DNA of 61,346 nt, the filler included, from Chiloscyllium plagiosum (lineage: Eukaryota): the NCBI RefSeq assembly GCF_004010195.1. It is 5 parts of one record of this genome, joined end to end, with 100 filler letters (N's around TTAATTAATTAA, not from the genome) between each part and the next. Parts side by side here need not be neighbours in the genome. Positions count along the whole stretch, not along the records: positions 1 to 18,103 come from NC_057714.1; positions 18,204 to 34,019 come from NC_057714.1; 3 more parts are not named here. One strand, 5' to 3'. Positions 11,920 to 24,900 of the stretch are shown here, in pieces. The position numbers and the translations under genes are program-made. A model generated the notes under the pieces. The model was not told the DNA's origin, did not search any database, and saw only the letters and a program-made list of their open reading frames with translations. Numbering within the stretch: the first letter of the stretch is position 1; the number at the start of each line of letters is the position of its first letter.

Positions 11920-12016
11920 CGTCTTCTTCATTGCCAGATCTCCCTGAGCGGCGGTAATGGCAAAGTATTGAATCACTCTCTTAGTGTTCACTGTTTTCCC
12001 AGCTCCAGACTCACCC
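11920..12016 (-). CDS. Myosin heavy chain coding exon 6 (P-loop): [32 protein letters not shown]
   Basis: 97 nt, ACAG/GTAAGA, Walker A GESGAGKT. Confidence 0.97.
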
Positions 12017-12071
12017 CTGTGTAATAACAAATAGATTCAAAAACACAAAGTCAAAACTTATTCAACACTAA

Positions 12072-12822
12072 GAGTCCAATCCCTACAGAATCCAATCCCC
12101 CAGAATCCAATCTCCACAGAATCCATCCCCAAAGAGTCCCATCCCCACAGAGACTCATCCCCACAGTGTCCCATCACCACAGAATCCAATTCCTCTAGAA
12201 TCCATCCCCCACAGAGTCCATTCCCACAGAGTCCCATCTCCACAGAGTCAAATCCTCATAAAACCCAATCCTTATAGAATCCATCCCCTACAGAGTCCAT
12301 TCCCCACAAAGTCTCATCCACACAGAATCCAAGCCCCACACAATCCAATCCCTGCATAGAGACCATTTCCCACAGAGTCCATTCCCCTCAGCGACCATTC
12401 CCCACAGAGTCCATTCCCCACAGACTCCATTCCCCACAGAGACCATTCCCTACAGAGACCATCCCTCACAGAGACCATTCCCCACAGAGTCCATTCCCCT
12501 CAGCGACCATTCCCCTCAGCGACCATTCCCTACAGAGTCCATTCCCCACAGAGTCCATTCCCCTCAGAGACCATTCCTCACAGAGACCATTCCCCACAGA
12601 GTCCATTCCCCACAGAGACCATTCTCTACAGAGACCATCCCTCACAGAGACCATTCCCCACAGAGTCCATTCCCCACAGAGTCCATTCCCCACAGAGTCC
12701 ATTCCCCTCAGAGACCATCCTTCACAGAGACCATTCCCCACAGAGTCCATTCCCTACAGAGACCATTCCCTACAGAGACCATCCCTCACAGAGACCATTC
12801 CCCACAGAGACCATCCCTCACG
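12072..12822. repeat. 16-bp minisatellite CCCACAGAG(T/A)CCATTC
   Basis: Dozens of tandem copies, more homogeneous at the right end. Confidence 0.93.
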
Positions 12823-13594
12823 GACATTTTGAGCAATTTGACTTAATGCTGACCTCGGCCTTTCCCATAAATCTGCACGCTGTTTGCTATTGAAGTAATT
12901 TCTCCTGCAGTTTTGAATTCCTCAACTTGCCTTACATCCACCACATTTCCAGGCGGCATCTTCTTTTGCAAAATACTGTGCTTTCAACCCATGTCCTCTG
13001 GTTCCTGAGGCTTTTATGAATGAGAATAATTTCTCGTTATCCACTCATCCCAGACCTCTGATGATGTTAAAAGCCTCTAACAGATCTTCCTCTGAGCCGT
13101 CTCCTCTCCAGGGAGAACAGTGCCAATCTCTTCAATATATCCTCATCCTACTGCAGTTTCTCATTCCTGGAGCCAGTCGAGTAAAATCCTCTTGCTTTGT
13201 GCCCAGTGCGGCACGCATGACTATACACAATAACCTCCGTGTTCCTGTACTCTGTACTTCAATGAAGCTGAGAATACAGTAATACTTTATTTACAGCTCT
13301 CTGGGCCAGTCCTGCCACATCCAAAGCACAAACCCACCCTGCTTTACTCGGATCCTGTACTCTCTCTAGTATAGTTCCATTCATACTGTTTCTTTACTTG
13401 TACAAGTATATCACCTCATCCGTCTCTTGTTCAACTGAACCTACTCCCCACAGAGAAATCATTGGTTTATTTAGAATATAGAAAAATACAGCACAGGAAC
13501 AGGCCCTTTGGCCCACTATGTTGTGCCGAATATGACGCCAAATTAAACTAATCCCTTCTGCCTGCCCTTGGTGCATATGCCTCCATTCCTTGCA

Positions 13595-14250
13595 GATAGG
13601 ATAGTGAAGAAGGTGTTTGGTATGCTTTCCTTTATTGGTCAGAGTATTGAGTAGGGGAGTTGGGAGGTCATGTTGCGGCTGTACAGGACATTGGTTAGGC
13701 CACTGTTGGAATATTGCGTGCAATTCTGGTCTCCTTCCTATTGGAAGGATGTTGTGAAACTTGAAAGGGTTCAGAAAAGATTTACAAGGATGTTGCCAGG
13801 GTTGGAGGATTTGAGCTATAGGAAGGGGCTGAACAGGCTGGGGCTGTTTTCCCTGGAGCGTCGGAGGCTGAGGGGTGACCTCATAGAGGTTTACAAAATT
13901 ATGAGAGGCATGGATAGGATAAATAGGTAAAGTCTTTTCCCAGGGATGGGAAGTCCAAAACTAGAGGGCATATGTTTAGGATGAGAGGGGAAAGATATAA
14001 AAGAGACCTATGGGGCAACTTTTTCACACAGAAGGTGGTACGCGTAGAGAATGAGCTGCCAGAGGATGTGGTGGAGGCTGGTACAATTGCAACATTTAAG
14101 AGGCATCTGGATGGGTATATGAATAGGAAGGGTTTGGAGGGATATGGGCTGGGTGCTGGCAGGTGGGACTAGATTGTGTTGGGATATCTGGTCGGCATGG
14201 ACGGGTTGGACCGAAGGGTCTGTTTCCATGTTGTACATCTCTATGATTCT
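13595..14250 (+). mobile_element. Young CR1 3' fragment
   Basis: ORFs 13670-13930 and 13972-14172 with CR1 RT C-terminal motifs. Confidence 0.92.
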
Positions 14251-14254
14251 ATGA

Positions 14255-14592
14255 TGCTACAGTGTAGAAACAGGCCATTTGGCCCAACAAGTCCAGACCG
14301 ATCCTCTGAAGAGTATCCCGCCCAGACCCATTCCCCTACCCTGTTTCTCTACATTTACCCTTGACTAATGTATCCACACATCCCTGAAGACTTGAACAGG
14401 GCAATTTGGCATGATGAATTTGCCTAACCTACACATCTTTGGATTGGGGGAGGAAACCGGAGCACCCGGCCGAAACCCACACAGACACAGGGAAAATGTG
14501 AAAACTCTACACAGTCACCCAAGGCTGGAATGGAACCTGGGTTCTAGGCACTGTGAGGCAGCAGTACCTACCACTGAGCTACAGTGCCACCC
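14255..14592 (-). mobile_element. HE1-type V-SINE (degenerate)
   Basis: Reverse complement of the V-domain and tRNA head. Confidence 0.85.
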
Positions 14593-14599
14593 TTAAACA

Positions 14600-15235
14600 C
14601 TGAGTCACGTGCTGCCCATATTCATCTGTTTATCTAAAAATCCCTTAAATACCCCTGTCGCATCTCCCTGGCAGGGCATTCCAGACTCCTACCACCCTCT
14701 GTGTCAAAGTCTTGCCCCTCACATTTCCTTTGAACTTTCCCCCCTCTCACCTTAAATGCCTGCCCCTCTAGTGTTAGACATTTCAACTCTGGGCAAAAGA
14801 TTCTGACCATCAACCTGATCTATGTATCTCATAATTTTACAGACATCTTTCAAGTCTCCCCTCAGTCTCTGTCGCTCCAGACAGAACAACCCACGTTGTT
14901 CCAGCCTCTCCTTACAGCTCCTGCCCTCCACTCCAAGCAGCATCCTGGCAAATCTCTTCTACACCCTCTACAAAGCTTCCATGTCCTTCCTGTAATGCAG
15001 TGACTGGAATTGAACACAATACTCTAAGTGTGGCCTCATGAAAGTCTTATAAAGCTGCAACATGACGTCCTGACTCTTGTACTCAATTCCCCGACCAATA
15101 AAAGCAAGCACACTATACGCCTTCTTTAACCCTTGTAGCTACTTGCGTTGCCACTATCAGGGAGCAATGGATTGAACCCCAAGATCCTTTTGTATATCAG
15201 TGCTGTCCAGGGGTCCTGCCGTTAACTGTGTACTT
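14600..15235 (-). mobile_element. CR1 RT fragment
   Basis: GLFCLERQRLRGDL motif. Confidence 0.8.
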
Positions 15236-15499
15236 TCTAGATCAATTGTTGATTTGAACTCACTTTACAGAAAAGCATCATCTTAATATTCCCTAAAATG
15301 TAACCTTTACTCCTGGTTTCCAGCCATAGATTAAATGACATGCATTGGTTAATAAACTACAGGTAACAGCGTGAATTTACAAGAAAGTATTCGTTCTGAT
15401 TCAGGCTCCTCACTGAGTTCCCGGACGCTATTCCAAACCGGAGACTCCTGTAGTGGGATCAATGGAAAGGAATGAAGCGGATTTCTCAGGATTACTTAC

Positions 15500-15527
15500 G
15501 TGATCAGCATGGACTGGTTCTCACGAT
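15500..15527 (-). CDS. Myosin heavy chain coding exon 5 (28-nt mini-exon): (N)RENQSMLI(T)
   Basis: CTAG acceptor, GTAAGT donor, conserved short exon of sarcomeric MYH genes. Confidence 0.95.
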
Positions 15528-15682
15528 CTAGAATTAAGAATAACAATGATTCAGACAACCTTGAATCCTTTCCACATAAACATCTGAGAATGAGGGTGGC
15601 CCAGTCGGGAGGGTGAGGCCAAAAACAGCAAAATTCCTGATGACAGGAGCAGGAATGTGTCAGTGCTGTTACACAGCCTGAC

Positions 15683-18103
15683 ATTAGGGTAAGGGTCACC
15701 ACTAGTGTCCCTGCTGACTGCGTCTGCGGGAAGTGCACCCAACTCCAGCTCCTCAAAAACCACGTCAGGGCACTGGAGCTGGAGTTGGATGAACTGCAGA
15801 TCATTCAGGAGGTGGAGGGAGTAATTGAGAGGAGTTGCAGGGAGGTAGTCACCCCTCAGGTAAAAGAAGAAGGTCAATGTGTTCCTGTCAGAGGACGGAA
15901 AGGGAACCGGCAGGCAGTGCAGGGATCCCCAGTGGCCATTCCCCTCAACAACAAGTATACCGTTTTGGATACTGTTTGGGGGGGTACAACTTACCGGGGT
16001 AAGCAATGGGGCACAGGTCTCTGGCACGGAGTCTGTCTCTGTTTCTCAGAAGGGAAGGGGGAAGACGAACAGAGCATTTGTCGTTGGGGACTCTACAGTT
16101 TAGGGGACAGATAGGAGGTTCTGTGGGAATGAGAGAGACTCACGGTTGATGTGTTGTCTCCCGGGTGCCAAGGTTCGTGATGTCTCTGATCATGTTTTTA
16201 GGATCCTTGAGGGGGAGGGGGAACAGCCTCAAGTCATGGTCCTTTTAGGCACCAATGACATAGGTAGGAAAAGGGATGGGGATGTAAGGCAGAAATTCAG
16301 GGAGCTAGGATGGAAACTTAGAGCTAGAACAAACAGTTGTTTCTGGTTTGTTCCCGTGTCATGTGCTAGCAAGGCGAGGAATAGGGAGAGAGAGGAGTTG
16401 AACGCGTGGCTACAGGGATGGTGCAGAAGGGAGGGTTTTAGATTCCTGGATAATTGGGGCTCATTCTGGGGTAGGTGGGACCTCTACAAATGGGATGATC
16501 TATACCTGAACCAGAGAGATACCAATATCCTGGGAGAGAAATTTGCTAATGCTCTTCGGGGGGGGGCGGTTTGAAACTAATTCAACCGGGGGATGGGAAC
16601 TGAAATTGTAGTTCAAATTTATGGGAGGTTGAGCATAGTGAAGTCAGAACTAAAATGTCAAGATCGCAAGAGTTCACTGGCAAGCAGGAAGGTGGTTTGA
16701 AGTGTGTCTACTTCAACCCCAGGAACATCCAGACTAAGGTGGGTGAACTTACAGCATGGATTGGTACCTGGGATTTCAATGTTGTGGCCAATATTGAGAC
16801 ACGGGGAAGAGCAGGGACAGGAATGGTTGTTGCAGGTTTCGGGATTTAGATGTTTCAGTAAGAACAGGGAAGATGGTAAAAGAGGGGGAGGTGCGACATT
16901 GTTAGTCAAGGACAATATTTCGGTTGCAGAAAGGACATTTTAGGGCTCCTCTACTGAGGTAGTATGGGCTGAGATTAGAAACAGAAAAGGAGAGGTTGGG
17001 AGTTTTCTATAGACCTCTGAATAGTTCCAAAGATGTAGAGGATAAGATAGCAAACATAATTCTGCATAGGAGCGAGAATGATAGAGTAGTTGTTATGGGG
17101 GACTCTAACTTTCTAGATATTGACTAGGAATACTATAGGTCAAGTACTTTAAATGGGTCAGTTTTTGCCCAATGTCCGCAGGAGGGTTTCCTGATACAGT
17201 ATGTAGACAGGTCAACAAGGTGTGAGGCCACATTGGATTTGGTACTGGGTAATGAACCAGGTGTTAAATTTGGAGGTAGGTGAGCACTTTGGTGATAGTG
17301 ACCACAATTTGGTTATGTTTACTTTAGTGATGGAAAGGGATAGATATATACCACAGAGCAAGAGTTATAGCTGGGGGAAAGGCAATTACAATGCGATTAG
17401 GCAAGATTTAGGATGCTTTGGATGGGGAGGGAAACTGCAGGGGATGGGCACAATTGAAATGTGGAGCCTATTCAAGGAACAGCTACTGCATGTCCTTGAT
17501 ATGTATGTGCCTGTCAGGTAGGGAGGAAGTGGACGAGCGAGGGAACCGTGGTTTACTAAGGAAGTTGAATCTCTTGTCAAGAGGAAAAAGAAGGCTTATG
17601 TTAGGATGAGATGTGAAGGCTCAGTTAGGGTGCTTAAGAGTTACAAGTTAGCCAGGAAAGACCTAAAGAGAGAGCCAAGGATCAGGAGGAAACATGAGAA
17701 GTCATTGGTGGATAGAATCAAGGAAAACCCCAAGGCTTTCTATCAATGTGTCAGGAATAAAAGAATGACTAGAGTAAACTTAGGGCCAATCAAGCATAGT
17801 AGTGGGAAGTTGTATGTGAAGTCAGAGGGGAAGTGCTAAATGAATACTTTTTGTCAGTGTTCATACTAGAAAAAGACAATGTGGTTGATGAGAATACTGA
17901 GATACAGGCTATTAAACTAGACAGGATTGAGGTTCATAAGGAGGAGGTGTTGGCAATTCTGGACTGTGTGAAAATAGATAAGTCCCCTGGGCTGGATGGG
18001 ATTTATCCTAGAATTCCCTGGGAAGCCAAGGAGGAGATTACCGAGCCTTTGGCATTGATCTTTATGTCGTCATTGTCTACAGGAATGGTGCCAGAAGACT
18101 GGA
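15683..18103 (+). mobile_element. 5' half of a CR1 LINE: ORF1 zinc-finger/SGNH esterase and ORF2 AP endonuclease to RT start, disrupted
   Basis: VVGDS, CLPGAKVRDV, LGTNDIG, FLDNW (esterase); CVYFNPRNI, EHFGDSDHN (APE); DKSPGLDGIYPRI (RT). Confidence 0.93.
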
Positions 18104-18203
18104 NNNNNNNNNNNNNNNNNNNNNNNNNNNNNNNNNNNNNNNNNNNNTTAATTAATTAANNNNNNNNNNNNNNNNNNNNNNNNNNNNNNNNNNNNNNNNN
18201 NNN
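18104..18203. other. 100-bp assembly gap with central TTAATTAATTAA linker (also 34020-34119, 43758-43857, 52642-52741); plain N gap at 57178-58023
   Basis: 44 N + 12-mer + 44 N, identical four times. Confidence 0.95.
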
Positions 18204-18504
18204 CCGCCAGAGATTTTTCATGCCCTCTCTTAGCTCTCCTAATCCCTTTCTTCAGCTCCCTCCTGGCTATCCTGTATCCCTCCAACGCTCTGTCTGAACC
18301 TTGTTTCCTCAACCTTATGTAAGCCTCCTTCTCCCTCTTTACATGACATTCAACCTCCCTCGTCAACCAAGGTTCCCTCACACGACCATCTCTTTCCTGC
18401 CTGACAGGTACATACATATCAAGGACACGTCGTATCTGTTCCTTGAAAAAGTTCCACATTTCAACGACATCCTTCCCTGACAGCCTATGCTCCCAATTAA
18501 GCCT

Positions 18505-19372
18505 ATGCTGACGAAGGTCAGCAAAGATGTGGATAGTGATGATGGATGTTATAGGTTACAAAGTGACATAGATAAATTGCAGAGCTGGGCTGAGAGGTGG
18601 CAAATGGAGTTTAATGTGGAAACGTGTGAGGTGATTCCCTTTGGAATGAGTAACAGGAATGCAGAGTACTGGGCTAATGGTAAGATTCTTGGTAGTGTAG
18701 ATGAGCAGAGAGATCTCTGTGTCCACGTACAAGTTGACAGGGTTGTTAAGAAGGCATACAGTGTTTTAGCTTTTCTTAATAGAGGGATCGAGTTCCGGAA
18801 CCATGACGTTATGCTGCAGCTGTACAAAACTCTGAAGAGGCCACATTTGAAGTATTGCATACAGTTCTGGTCACTGCATTATAAGAAGGATGTGGAAGCT
18901 TTGGAAAGGGTGCAGAGGAGATTTACTAGGATGTTGCCTGGTGTAGAGGGAAGGTCTTAAGAGGAAAGGCTGAGGGATTTGAGGCTGTTTTCATTGGAAA
19001 GAAGAAGGTTGAGAGGTGACTTAATTGAGACATATAAGATTTTCAGAGGGTTAGATAGGGTGGACAGGGAGAGCCTTTTTCCTTGGGTGGCAATGGCTAG
19101 CACAAGGGGACATAGCTATAAATTGAGGGGTATTAGATTTAGGACAGATGTCAGAAGTGGTTTATTTACTCAGAGAGTAGTAGGGGCGTAGAATGCACTG
19201 CCTGCAACAGTAGTAGATTCGCCAACTTTAAGGGCATTTAAATGGTCATTGGATAGGCATATGGATGAGAATGGAATAGTGTAGGTTCAGATGGGCTTCA
19301 GATTGGTTCCACAAGTCGGCGCAACAACAAGGGCCAAAGGGCCTGTACTACGCTGTAATGTTCTATGTTCTA
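18505..19372 (+). mobile_element. CR1 3' fragment
   Basis: LQSDIDKLQSWAERWQMEFN..; TTCTATG tail. Confidence 0.9.
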
Positions 19373-21484
19373 TTAACACCTTCACACCTCGATCTCTTTA
19401 GGGACAGTCCCTGTTACAGGGGATGGGGTGGGGTTTGGTACCATTGGGTAAATGCCCTGTTCGAGGGGAGCTCAGGGACCTTGGCAAGCTGGAGGAGGGG
19501 GTAGGTCAGGACTGGGTGACAGGGTGGGGGCGTATTTTGAGGGGGCAGTGGGAGCTTCCTCCTCCCACACAGCTCTTCGAGATCACCGGCCCCAGGAGAC
19601 AAATGCATTTGAGTTCCCTTGCAGACTTCCCCATTGCAGGGGCCTGTTTGAACTAGAACAATCCCAGCTCCTCACCATGCGATGTCCCACCATCTGCAGC
19701 CTTCCTCTTTCACTCTTTAACCTCTGACCCTTGGCCTGGGTAAGGATCGCTGCCGGTATTTCCATCAACAACTAAACTTACTTTCACAGATGACCCCAGA
19801 GATCAGTACAACCAGGAATGGAGAGATTTTCAATTCCCGATTGGAGGAAGGTCCCAATTCCTGATTGAGGGAACACGTTGGTAACCTGACGGAGCTCCAC
19901 CAGGCCTCCCCTCAGTCCCCTGGTTTCTGTCGGTTATGGAGCCGCAGTCAGGCCTGATCAGAATAAACTTCTCCGTTTGGCAGTTTCAAGATCTCGGGGA
20001 CACAGTTTCAGGATAACAGGTCAACCCTCAGAGGGTTGTAGAGGCTTGTAATTGATTAAGGCTGGCGTAGAGGTATTCCTGGTCACCCAGGGTATCAAGG
20101 GATAGGGGAACAGTCGGGAAGCAGAATTCATAATGATGGTGTACGCTCAGCAGATTATAACCTCTCCCTCCGCTCTGATTTCTTCATGGAGCAGGAAGTG
20201 AGGACTGCAGATGCTGGAGATCAGAGTCGAGAGTGTAGTGCTTGAAAAGCAGAACCAGTCAGGCAGCATACAAAGAGCAGGAGAATCAATGTTTCAGACA
20301 AGAGCCCTTCATCAGGAATGAGGTGATGAAGGGCTCCTGTCTGAATCATCGATTCTACTGCTCTTTGGATGCCACACTCGCGACTCTGATTTTTTCACGT
20401 CTCCTCAAGTGTCTCTGTCCGTTTTTTTAATAATAGGGAGACCAGAACCGTGCACAATCATCTGAGAGTGGTCTAACGTCAATGTTTCGGCTTTTCAATT
20501 AGCATGTTGGTCATGAATGAGTTGATAAACAAGGCGAGGAGCGAGGTTGAATCTTAACAGTGACCTCAGCCAGCGTGGGAATTGAGCCCACGCTGTTAGC
20601 GTCATCCTACATCGCAAACTTGCCTTCTAGGCACCTGAGCTAACCATTGGATCTTCTCCAGATTGGAACAGTTTATCAATTACAGTCCTACCCCACTCCT
20701 CCAACTGTACTCTGAATCTAAGAAATGTTGCTAAAGCTGGGGACAGAAGGCAGTGGGTGCAGAATCTTTGGCTTGTTTTAAGGCAGCGGAAGATAGATTC
20801 TCGATTGCCAAGGCTTGATTGGGGACATTGCAAGAATGTTAAGTTGAAGTCAGATGAGCCGCAGACAGAGCAACAGGCTCAAAGGGCTGAATAGCCTGTT
20901 GTAGTTCCTTGTTTGTTTGCTCATCAATTTCCAAGATGCAAATTCCACACAAAGCTGCTCAGTCCAATGGGAAACATTGTAACGTTAATCATACCAACAA
21001 GGAACAATCATGGCTGCTTGCAGGATTTATTGTGGGGCTAGGAGCAATGTCAAGAACATGGAGGAGTTCAAAGAGCAGATTTCCTTGTCTAAAGGGAAGA
21101 TTGATGTTTGATCACCTTCTCAAGGACAATTAGAGGCGGGTAATTCACACTGGGCCAGCCAGGGATGCCCACTTCCCACACTGAAAGAGTAAATAAAACG
21201 ACAAACCCCTTTCACTTCTTTACACAGAGAGATATAAAGATTGGGAGCCAATCACTGGGTGATGGTCTTTAATGGGGTGATGGGTGAGGACAAGCCTTGC
21301 AAGGTGCTCATTGCTATTGGGAGTAAGTGGGAAAGGGAAGGGATAATGATCAGTTTGTGAGGGATGCCATTGTGGTGGTGTTAGCCCATGCACTGACCGA
21401 TTAAGGCCATAGAGCGACAACATGTGCTTATTCTACATGGTAGGGATTTGAATGTTAATGTTAAGTGTGTCCCTCTGTACTTAC

Positions 21485-21641
21485 TGCTCAACATGTCAAA
21501 GTAGGCATTGTCTGCAATGCAGTATATATGTGGGGGCGCATCGCCCTTGCGTTTCCGTTTGTAGGCTGCGACCACAGTCGGTGTGTACACAGGCAGCAAT
21601 TTGTAAGGGTTCACCGACACACAGAACAACCCCGAGTAAGT
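21485..21641 (-). CDS. Myosin heavy chain coding exon 4: [52 protein letters not shown](N)
   Basis: 157 nt, GCAG/GTAAGT, TYSGLFC..NPYK..PPHI motifs. Confidence 0.97.
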
Positions 21642-21974
21642 CTGCAAAAGAACAGATTACTCCTGTTAATCTGCATGTCCCACTGAAGATGTTCACAGCC
21701 ACTCACTGACAGGACAGGCTCAGCTTTTTCAGCTAACTCTCCACACCAACACAACATAAATGACCAAACTAGAATCCACTTGGAACTGTTTTGTTTCAAA
21801 GCCACGGTCTTGACAGTGATTCTTAGCTGAATCTTTAATCCATCACATTACAATTTTAGGATGTTACCGGTGAAGGCAGACACAAAGCAACACACCAATA
21901 TCCAACAATAATCAGATATTCCTCCACCTGTCGTCTTTAGCAAATTCAGGTCGGTAATAGATTTCAAGAAAAGG

Positions 21975-24900
21975 AATTTGTGGAATATTGACGAGATGTT
22001 TTTTGTTTTGGAGCAGCTTGTGGTAGATCCCACTGGGGAACAAGCAATTCTGGATCTGGTGGTGTTTAATGAGGCAGACTTGATTAGAGAGCTGAAGATG
22101 AGGGAACCCCTAAGGGGCAGTGACCATAACATGTTAGAATTCATCTTGTGGTTTGATTGGGAGAAGCTGGAATCAGATGCAATGGTATTACAACTGAGTA
22201 AAGGTAACTACAAAGACATGAGGGAGAATCTGGCCAGAGGTGATTGGAAGGGGAGCCTAGCAGGGAAGACATTAGAGCAGCACAGACAGGAGTTTCTGGG
22301 GGCAATTCAGCAGAAATTCGGAGACATTATAAAAGCAAAAGAAAAGGTTTACAATGTGCTGAAGATTAGTGGGAATCTAGAGGATTGGGAAACCTTTAAA
22401 AATCAGCAGAGGATAACTCAAAAGGTAATAAAGGGGGAAGACATTGAAATATGAGAGTAAGCTGGCTCAGAAATTCGGAGACATTATAAAAGCAAAAGAA
22501 AAAGTTTACAATGTGCTGAAGATTAGTGGGAATCTAGAGGATTGGGAAACCTTTAAAAATCAGAGGAGGATAACTCAAAAGGCAATAAAGGGGGAAGACA
22601 TTGAAATATGAGAGTAAGCTGGCTAGTAATATAAAGAATTATGAGTAATTTTAGATATATAAAAAGTAAGAGCGAGGCAAGAGTGAACGTTGGACCACTG
22701 GAAAATGAGACTGAAGGAGTAGTCATGGGGAACAAGAAATAGCGGAGCAACTGAAAAGGCACTTTGCATAAGTTTGTACGTTGGAAAACACCAACAGCAT
22801 TCCAGACCTTCAAGGGAGTCAGGGAGCAGAGGTGAGTGTATTGGCCATCACTGTTGGAGGGACTGGGTTTGTTTTCACTGAAATGCAAGGGGCGACCTGA
22901 TAGAAGTTTATAAAATTATGAATGGCATGGATAGAGTGGAAAGTATGAGGCTTTTAGCCAGGGTGGAGGAGTCAATTACTAGGGGCACAGGATCAAGGTG
23001 CGAGGGGGGAAGTTTAAAAGAGATGGGTGATGCAACTTTTTCACACAAAGGGTGGTCAGTGCCTGGAATGCGCTGCCAGAGGAGGTGGTGGTGGAAGCAG
23101 ACACAATACCAGCATTCAAGAAACACCTGGATGAATGCATGAATAGGAGGGAATAGAGGGATACGGATCCTGGAAGTGAACACAGTTATAGTATAGAAAG
23201 GCAAAATGTGTCAGCGCAGGCTTGGAGGGCCGATGGGCCTGTTCCTGTGCTGTATTATTCATTCTTTGTTCTTTGAGAAGGTGCTAAGGAAGCTGAAAGA
23301 TCTAAAGGTGGATAAGTCACCCAGACCAGATGGACTATACCCCAGAGTTCTAAAGGAGATAGCTGAGGAGATTGTAGAGACATTGGTAGTGATCTTTCAG
23401 AGAGGGTCTCAGAGAACCGGAAAATGGATGATGTAACACCCCTGTTTAAAAAAGGGAAGGAAGCAGAAGACAGGAAACTATAAGCCAGTTAGCCTGACCT
23501 CAGCCATTTTCCAGTCCATTATTAAGGATGATATTAGGGAGTATTTGGAAATGCACAGTAACATAGGGCTGAGTCAGCACAGCTTCCTCAAGAGGAAGTC
23601 ATGTCTGAATTGTTTGGGGAGGTAATGTGCAGGTTAGACAAAGGAGAGACAGTGGACGTAATCTATTTAGATTTCCAGAAGGCCTTTGACAAGGTGCTGC
23701 ATAAGAGGCTGCTAAATAAAGGGCAAAGTACTGGCATGGATAAAGGATTGGCTGACTGGCCGAAGGCAGAGAGTGGGGATAATGGGGTCTTTTCCAAGAT
23801 GGCAGCTGGTGCCTTGTGGTATTCCACAGTAATCAAGTTTGGACCACAACTGTTCATGTCATACATTAACGATCTGAATGAAGGAACTGAGGGCATTATT
23901 GCCAAGTTTACAATGACACAAAGATAGGTGGAGTATCTAAGAAGTGGGGAGGCTGCAGAAGGATTTGGACAGGCTGGGAGAGTGAGCAAAGAAGTAGCAG
24001 ATGGAGTACAATGTGGGAAAGTGTGAGGTCATGCACTTTGATAGGAAGAATAGAGGCATAAACTGTTTTCTAACCAGGAACAGGGTTCAGAAATCTAAAG
24101 CACAAAGGGAATTGGGAGTCCTAGTACGATTCTCTTCAGGTTAACGTGCAGGTTCAGATAGCAGTTAGGAAGGCAAATACAACGTTAGCATTGAGTTCAA
24201 CTGGGCTAGACTACAAGAGCAGGGATGTACTGCTGAGGATGTATAAGGCTCTGGTCAGTCTGTGCTTAGAATATTGTGAGCAGTTTTGGGCCCCGCATCT
24301 AAGGAAGGATGTGCTGATGGAGAGGGGTCCAGAGGAGGTTAACAAGAATGATCCTGGGGATGAAGGGTTGTCATATTAGGAGCAGTTGAGGACTCTGGAT
24401 GTGTACTCAATGGAGTTTAGAAGGATGAGGGGGGGATCTGATTGAAACTTACAGAATACTGAATAGGCTGGATAGAGTGGAAGGTAAAATATTATGAAAC
24501 TTGAAAGGGTTCAGAAAAGATTTACAAGGATGTTGTCAGGGTTGGAGGATTTGAGCTATAGGAAGAGGCTGAACAGGCTGGGGCTGTTTTCCCTGGAGCG
24601 GAGGCTGAGGGGTGACCTCATAGAGGTTTACAAAATTGTGAGGGGCATGGATAGGATAAATAGACAAAGTCTTTTCCCTGGGGTGGAGGAGTCCAGAACT
24701 AGGGGGCATAGGTTTAGAGAGAAAACAATAGTTGAGAGGGGAGAAGTTTAAAACAAACTTAAGGGGAAATGTTTTCACACAGAGGGTAGTGTGTATATGG
24801 AATGAGCTGCCAGAGGAACTGATTAAGGCTGGTACAATTACACCATTTAAAAAGCACTTTGATGGGTATATGAATAGGAAGGGTTTAAAGGATATGTGCC

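Noticed and set aside
16146..16574. Host SGNH hydrolase gene
   Set aside because: It is the CR1 ORF1 esterase, directly followed by the LINE endonuclease
18148..18159. TTAATTAATTAA palindrome repeated at four places
   Set aside because: Always centred in 44 N + 44 N; an artificial six-frame-stop scaffold linker. Order and orientation across these gaps are less certain.
19380..19990. GC-rich intronic segment with short ORFs
   Set aside because: No recognisable motif; possibly a decayed L1/Tx1 fragment but not supportable
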